Of a stretch of DNA of 64,000 nucleotides, positions 59,468 through 64,000 are shown piece by piece (position 1 is the stretch's first letter; every line of letters begins with the position of its first letter). Made by a program: the position numbers and the translations under genes. The DNA is from Anaeromyxobacteraceae bacterium. GTDB lineage: Bacteria; Myxococcota; Myxococcia; Myxococcales; Anaeromyxobacteraceae. Under the pieces are notes generated by a model. That model saw only the letters and a list, made by a program, of their open reading frames with translations, was not told the DNA's origin and searched no databases. The stretch spans positions 544,001 to 608,000 of the forward strand of contig JAULAX010000017.1 in NCBI GenBank assembly GCA_032654565.1, given 5' to 3'.

Positions 59468-60385
59468 ATGCGCTCCTCCAGACTCCCGCCCGTTCCCCTC
59501 GCCGCCCTGGCCCCGCTGGCGGCGCTGCTGCTGGCCGGCTGCGCCCCGGACTTCACCCCGCGCTCGGTGGTCGAGGACCTGCGGGTGCTGGCCATCGTCG
59601 CCGACCCGCCCGACGTGCTGCTCCCGGCCAGCCCCACCGGGCCCACCGAGACGCTGACGCTGCGGGCCACCGCGGTGGCCCCCCCGGCGACGGCGGGCGC
59701 CCCGCCGGTGACGCCGGCCCCGGCCGACGTCCGCTGGTCCTTCTGCCCCTTCTCCATCGGCGCCTCCTCCGGCTACGCCTGCGCGGTGCCGGCCTGCGAG
59801 ACGCCGCTGGTCCCCGAGCCCGACGGCAGCGTCCGCGTCGACCCGGTGCGGCTGGGGATCAACTGCCTGGCCGCGCTGCCCGGCGGCGCCCTCCCCGGCG
59901 CCCCGTCCGGCTCCGGCCTCCCCGCCGGGTTCGAGGTGCTGGTCCGCTACGTCGCCACCGTCGGCCCGGTCCGGCGCGAGGCGGTGCAGCGGATCCCGGT
60001 GAAGGCCGCCGACGCCACGGCGCGCAACCTCAACCCCATCCTCGCCGACCCCACCTTCACGGGCTGCACCGCCACCGCCGGCAGCTGCCCGCTCTCCGAC
60101 GTGGCCATCGCCGCGGAGGTCGACCCCGGCTCGTTCCAGACCTTCCCGACGGGGCCGGCGGGGCGGACCAGCGAGGAGACCATCGTGGTCTCCTTCTTCA
60201 CCACCGCCGGACGCTTCAAGTACGAGACCGGCCAGGCCACCAGCGGGTCGCCGCGGACCGACACCGTGCTGGAGGCCAGGGAGCTGAACGGCGCCCGCCA
60301 GGCGCTGGTCTGGGTGGTGGCGCGCGACCTGCGCGGCGGCGAGGCCGTCAGGGGCCCGTTCACGGTGGTCTTCTCGAGGCCGTAG
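59468..60385 (+). CDS. Lipoprotein accessory to the TonB-dependent receptor
   Basis: LLAGC lipobox; LRVLAIVADPP and WVVARDLRGG motifs; several Cys. Confidence 0.8.
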   Translation: MRSSRLPPVPLAALAPLAALLLAGCAPDFTPRSVVEDLRVLAIVADPPDVLLPASPTGPTETLTLRATAVAPPATAGAPPVTPAPADVRWSFCPFSIGASSGYACAVPACETPLVPEPDGSVRVDPVRLGINCLAALPGGALPGAPSGSGLPAGFEVLVRYVATVGPVRREAVQRIPVKAADATARNLNPILADPTFTGCTATAGSCPLSDVAIAAEVDPGSFQTFPTGPAGRTSEETIVVSFFTTAGRFKYETGQATSGSPRTDTVLEARELNGARQALVWVVARDLRGGEAVRGPFTVVFSRP

Positions 60386-60437
60386 GCATCCAGCTCCGGA
60401 TGCGACCTGAGGGCGTTTGAGCGGGTGATTCGCCCGT

Positions 60438-60737
60438 CTACAGCTTCGGGCCGCTGCCGCGAGGCGCGCCCCACACAGCGAGAATCATGACCTACTCGTT
60501 CTTCTCCTCCACCTCGTAGTAGAGGTGGTTCTGCGTCCGGGGAAGCAGCAGTCTGCGCACGAGCACGCCGCGCCGTTCGGTGAACGGCGTCCCCACGTCA
60601 GGCGTCGTGGAGTTGAGCGCCCGAGCTTCGGCCATCTCGCGGGAGAAGAGGTCCCGCGCGGCGGGCCGGTTCTCCCGCCACCATCGGTCGATGGCGTCCG
60701 CCTGCTGACGGGCCGGCCCGACGAGGCGAATCTTCAC
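60438..60737 (-). pseudogene. RelE/ParE-family toxin interrupted by an in-frame TAG
   Basis: ...AIDRWWRENRPAARDLF...VRRLLLPRTQNHLYYEVEEKNE-TAG(60494-60492)-VMILAVWGAPRGSGPKL-TAG(60440-60438). Confidence 0.8.
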
Positions 60738-60964
60738 GGCCGGGCCAGGAGTCCTTTGATGAACTCGTCGGCGTCGACATGGTCGCCGGAGCGGGCTGCG
60801 GCGATGCCGGCATCGAGCGCCGCGTCAAGCCTCGCCCGCTCACCAGGGTCGAAATCCTCCTGGGATTCCACGAGCGTCAGCTCGACCTCGGTCCCCTCGG
60901 GGAGTTCGGTCGGCTCATCGAGCACCAGCCGCCCGCCCCTGACCTGAGCCTTGAGTGCCTTCAT
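60734..60964 (-). CDS. Putative antitoxin of the ParE-like toxin
   Basis: MKALKAQVRGGRLVLDEPTELPEGTEVEL...acidic C-terminus; GTGA-coupled to the toxin; TATGAT -10 and ATGAGG-c-CCTCAT palindrome at its start. Confidence 0.78.
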   Translation of the reverse strand: MKALKAQVRGGRLVLDEPTELPEGTEVELTLVESQEDFDPGERARLDAALDAGIAAARSGDHVDADEFIKGLLARP

Positions 60965-61187
60965 GAGGCCCTCATCATACTCCGCCCACTGACCCTGCGC
61001 AGACCTGGCCGGCTGCCATGCCCCTCGGCGAGGGTCGCTTTGTCGGCGACGGCACCGCCCGCGGGACGAACGATGACCAACCTCCCGTCCCGCCCGGAGC
61101 CCCCCTTTGGCGAACCCCGACGTCGGGAATCGCTTTTGGGGGAGGCAAGTCCACAGTGGCTTCGTACTTCCTCACGGAGAAGCCCCG

Positions 61188-63050
61188 CTACCAGCCGCAG
61201 GCGCGGCCGGCGTTCTGCTGCTTCAGCCAGCCGCGCAGCGGCGCGAAGTACTCGAGCAGCGCCTTGGCGTCGGCCTGCTTGCGCCCGGTGAGCGCGGCGT
61301 AGGCCTCCGGCCAGGGCTTCGACATGCCGAGCGCCAGCAGCTCGTTCAGCCGGGCGCCGGCCGCCGTGGAGCCCTGGATCGAGCACTGGTGGAGCGGCCC
61401 CTTCCAGCCGGCCGCCTCGCAGAGCGACTTGTGGAACTGGAACTGGTAGATGGCCGCCAGGAAGTAGCGGGTGTACGGGACGTTGGCCGGGATGTGGTAC
61501 TTGGCGCCCGGGTCGAAGTCGGCCTCGCTGCGCGCCACCGGCGGCGCCACCCCCTGGTACTTGGCCCGCAGCGCCCACCAGTCCTGATTGTACCGCTCCG
61601 GCGGGGTCTTCCCGCTGAAGACGTCCCAGCGCCACTGGTCGATGAGCTTGCCGAAGGGCAGGAAGGCCACCTTGGCCAGGGCCCGCTTCAGCTGCACGTT
61701 GATCAGCCCCTTGTCGTCCCGGGGCAGCTCGGCCAGCAGTCCGGCCTGCTTCAGGTAGGCCGGGGTGATGGAGAGGGCGATGGCGTCGCCGATGGCCTCG
61801 TGGAAGCCGTCGTTGGCGCCGTTCTGGTAGAGGACCGGCAGGTGGGCGTAGGCCCGCTGGTAGTAGTTGTGGCCGAGCTCGTGGTGGATGGTGACCAGGT
61901 CCTCCTCGGTCGGCTTGATGCACATCTTGATGCGCAGGTCGGCGGAGAAGCTGACGTCCCAGGCGCTGGCGTGGCAGACCACCTCGCGATCGCGCGGCTT
62001 CACCAGCTGCGAGCGCTCCCAGAAGCTGGCGGGCAGCGGCGCGAAGCCGAGCGAGGAGAAGAAGGCCTCCCCCAGCTTGACCATGCGGGTGGCGTCCCAC
62101 TTCTGTGCCACCAGCGCCCCGGTGACGTCCTGCGACGGCTGGCCCTTGAAGGGCTCGAGGTCGGCGTAGAGGTTGTCCCAGCTCTGCGCCCACATGTTGC
62201 CGAGCAGGTGGGCGGGGATGGGCTTGCCGTCGGCCACCCGCGCCTTGCCGTACTTCTTCTGCAGCTCGGCGCGGACGTAGCAGTGGAGCTGGTCGTAGAA
62301 GGGCTTGACCTCGCCCCAGAGCCGGTCGGTGTCGGCCTCGAAGGCGGCGGCCGGCATGTCGTAGCCGGCGCGCCAGAGCTCGCCGGTGTCCTTCCAGCCC
62401 ACGCCGCGGGCCCCGTCGTTGGCCAGCTCGACCAGCCGGGCGTAGAGCGGCCGCATCTCGCGCGCCACGCCGTGCCAGCCGGCCCAGGCGTCGAGCAGCT
62501 GGTCCCAGTCGCGGCTGGTGGCCAGCACGTCCTCCAGCTCGCCGAGGTCGCGGCAGGTGCCCTTCCCGTCCGGGCCGCACCACTTCCCCTTGCCGTAGAT
62601 CCCGTCGAGCCGGGCCGAGAGCGCCGCCAGCTCGGCCTGCCTGGCCCCGTCGGCGGGGGCGATCACCGGCAGGCCGCCGGCCAGCACCGACGGGTTGCGC
62701 AAGAGCTGCAGCATGCGGGTGACCGCCGGCGAGGAGGCGCGCGACGGGTCGAAGCGGAGCGACTGCCGGTTGAGCACCGCCAGCGTCCCCAGGGCGTCGG
62801 CGTTGAGCTGGGCGGCCAGGTACTCGGTGTCGGGGGTGATGTTGGTCTGGCGGACCCAGTCGGCGGTGGAGGAGCGGATCCAGGCCTGGCGGAGCGCCTC
62901 GTTGGCGTTGTCGATGAAGACGGCGTCGGCCTGCCTGGGGCCGGCGGCCCGGACCGGCGCCGGTCCGGCGTGGGCCGGCACGGCGGTGGCGGGCACGGCG
63001 GGGGTGGGGGCCGCGGCGAGGGCCGTGGCCAGCAACAGGCTGCAGATCAT
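61188..63050 (-). CDS. M2 family peptidyl-dipeptidase A (ACE-like metallopeptidase)
   Basis: IPAHLLGNMWAQSW, CHASAWD, HHELGH, GANDGFHEAIGD, FDPGAKYHIP, PYTRYF. Confidence 0.95.
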   Translation of the reverse strand: MICSLLLATALAAAPTPAVPATAVPAHAGPAPVRAAGPRQADAVFIDNANEALRQAWIRSSTADWVRQTNITPDTEYLAAQLNADALGTLAVLNRQSLRFDPSRASSPAVTRMLQLLRNPSVLAGGLPVIAPADGARQAELAALSARLDGIYGKGKWCGPDGKGTCRDLGELEDVLATSRDWDQLLDAWAGWHGVAREMRPLYARLVELANDGARGVGWKDTGELWRAGYDMPAAAFEADTDRLWGEVKPFYDQLHCYVRAELQKKYGKARVADGKPIPAHLLGNMWAQSWDNLYADLEPFKGQPSQDVTGALVAQKWDATRMVKLGEAFFSSLGFAPLPASFWERSQLVKPRDREVVCHASAWDVSFSADLRIKMCIKPTEEDLVTIHHELGHNYYQRAYAHLPVLYQNGANDGFHEAIGDAIALSITPAYLKQAGLLAELPRDDKGLINVQLKRALAKVAFLPFGKLIDQWRWDVFSGKTPPERYNQDWWALRAKYQGVAPPVARSEADFDPGAKYHIPANVPYTRYFLAAIYQFQFHKSLCEAAGWKGPLHQCSIQGSTAAGARLNELLALGMSKPWPEAYAALTGRKQADAKALLEYFAPLRGWLKQQNAGRACGW

Positions 63051-63088
63051 GTGGGCTCCGGTGCTGCCGGCGGCTCAGAGCGCGTGGC

Positions 63089-63313
63089 TCAGGGGCCGCG
63101 GCGATCGTTGGCGAAGGAGGTGGCGTGGTCGCGGGGCCCCGCCTCCACCTGGAAGAGGCGGCACTTCTCGCAGGACCAGCTGTCCCAGTCGTGCTTCACG
63201 GCCACGTCGAGGCAGCCGTCGTAGTGGAAGCAGTAGAGGCTGCGGTGTCCGGCGACGACCGTCTCGGAGCGGATCAGCTGCGAGAGCGGCGAAGGATTGG
63301 GATGAAGGGTCAC
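63089..63313 (-). CDS. Small Cys-rich protein (possible zinc finger or Fe-S binder)
   Basis: HRSLYCFHYDGCLDVAVKHDWDSWSCEKC, four Cys; GTG start preceded by GGGAG. Confidence 0.7.
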   Translation of the reverse strand: MTLHPNPSPLSQLIRSETVVAGHRSLYCFHYDGCLDVAVKHDWDSWSCEKCRLFQVEAGPRDHATSFANDRRGP

Positions 63314-63480
63314 GGAGGCTCCCGGACTGCGGATTGGGACCGGACTGGCCGAAAGGACGCGTCAAGGTGCCGCCGACGGGCGGTTCAAGGAAATACCCCC
63401 GAAGGGGGAGATCGCGTATATCCTCGACCTCATTGAGGTATGAGCCGAAGCACCGCCTGGGGCGGTGGGGGACCGCAGCC

Positions 63481-63933
63481 ATGACCGAGCGTCCTTGTGG
63501 AGCCTGTGACCTGCTGGCCGGGCGGCGCAGCGTGCCGGGCGGCGTGACCTGGCGTGGCGGGGGGCTGGCGCTCCACGCGCTCGACGGACCCTGCCCGATC
63601 CCGGGCTGGCTGGTGCTCACCGCCGAGCGCCACTGCCGCTCGCTCCACGACCTCGACGCCGAGGCCACCGCGGCGCTGGGGCCGGTCGCCCAGGAGGTGA
63701 TGCGGGCGCAGCGGGCCGCGCTCGGCGCCGAGCACGTCTACGCCTTCGCCATCGGCGACCTGCTGCACCACTTCCACCTCCACCTGGTGCCGCGCTACGC
63801 CGCCACGCCGCAGCGGCTGCGCGGGCGCGGCGCCTTCGACGCCACGCCGGCCGAGGCCCGGCCGGAGGAGGAGCTGGCGGCGGCGTCGCGGCTGGTGGCC
63901 GAGGCGCTGGGGCTCAGCCCGACGAGGCGATGA
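63481..63933 (+). CDS. HIT family hydrolase
   Basis: CGAC N-terminus, PGWLVL, HHFHLHLVPRY histidine triad. Confidence 0.88.
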   Translation: MTERPCGACDLLAGRRSVPGGVTWRGGGLALHALDGPCPIPGWLVLTAERHCRSLHDLDAEATAALGPVAQEVMRAQRAALGAEHVYAFAIGDLLHHFHLHLVPRYAATPQRLRGRGAFDATPAEARPEEELAAASRLVAEALGLSPTRR

Positions 63934-64000
63934 GCGGGGCGAGGCCGTCCTTGAAGCTCGGGTAGCGGAGCGTCACGCTGAGCGCCTGGCGTGTCCAGGC
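63914..64000 (-). CDS. 3' end of a probable NAD-dependent epimerase/SDR protein (partial)
   Basis: AWTRQALSVTLRYPSFKDGLAPLIASSG-stop; LRYPSF..GL resembles extended SDR C-termini. Confidence 0.5.
   Translation of the reverse strand, partial: AWTRQALSVTLRYPSFKDGLAPLIASSG

Noticed and set aside
60492..60494. Pyrrolysine recoding of the amber codon
   Set aside because: No pyl genes in the window, TAG is a normal stop in many genes here, and Pyl is not expected in a ParE toxin.
60975..61185. Short ORF and imperfect hairpin (cccgacgtcggg core) between the M2 peptidase and the TA module
   Set aside because: No recognisable protein or RNA motif; may be a terminator or decayed remnant, evidence insufficient.

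Overview
Very high-GC window, most consistent with an Anaeromyxobacter-like myxobacterium (inference from gene content). The first ~46 kb is a putative extracellular electron transfer / surface cytochrome locus. It holds two giant repeat-built multiheme c-type cytochromes: a ~3690-aa lipoprotein with ~87 heme-binding motifs and a ~3290-aa FN3/beta-sandwich-cytochrome chimera with ~34 (manual counts). Both are built from a pentaheme module containing a non-canonical CX3-4CH site. Around them lie four smaller multiheme cytochrome genes, a system II maturation cassette (ResB, an unknown lipoprotein, ResC), protein-glycosylation-type genes (PMT/GT39-like, GT-C+TPR, GT2+DUF2304, GT4, radical SAM, FAD oxidoreductase), an NHL/PKD surface protein, a split CbcL-like nonaheme cytochrome c + cytochrome b, and a heme-c sensor kinase with a NarL-type regulator. 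A Phd-VapC module sits between two copies of the resB 5' end. The remainder carries purU, two more TA modules (one ParE-like toxin interrupted by an amber codon), terC, an RND efflux operon, an ExbBD-TonB-receptor operon, an M2 peptidase and a HIT protein. No rRNA, tRNA, CRISPR array, integrase or transposase was recognised. All assignments come from motif reading, not database searches.
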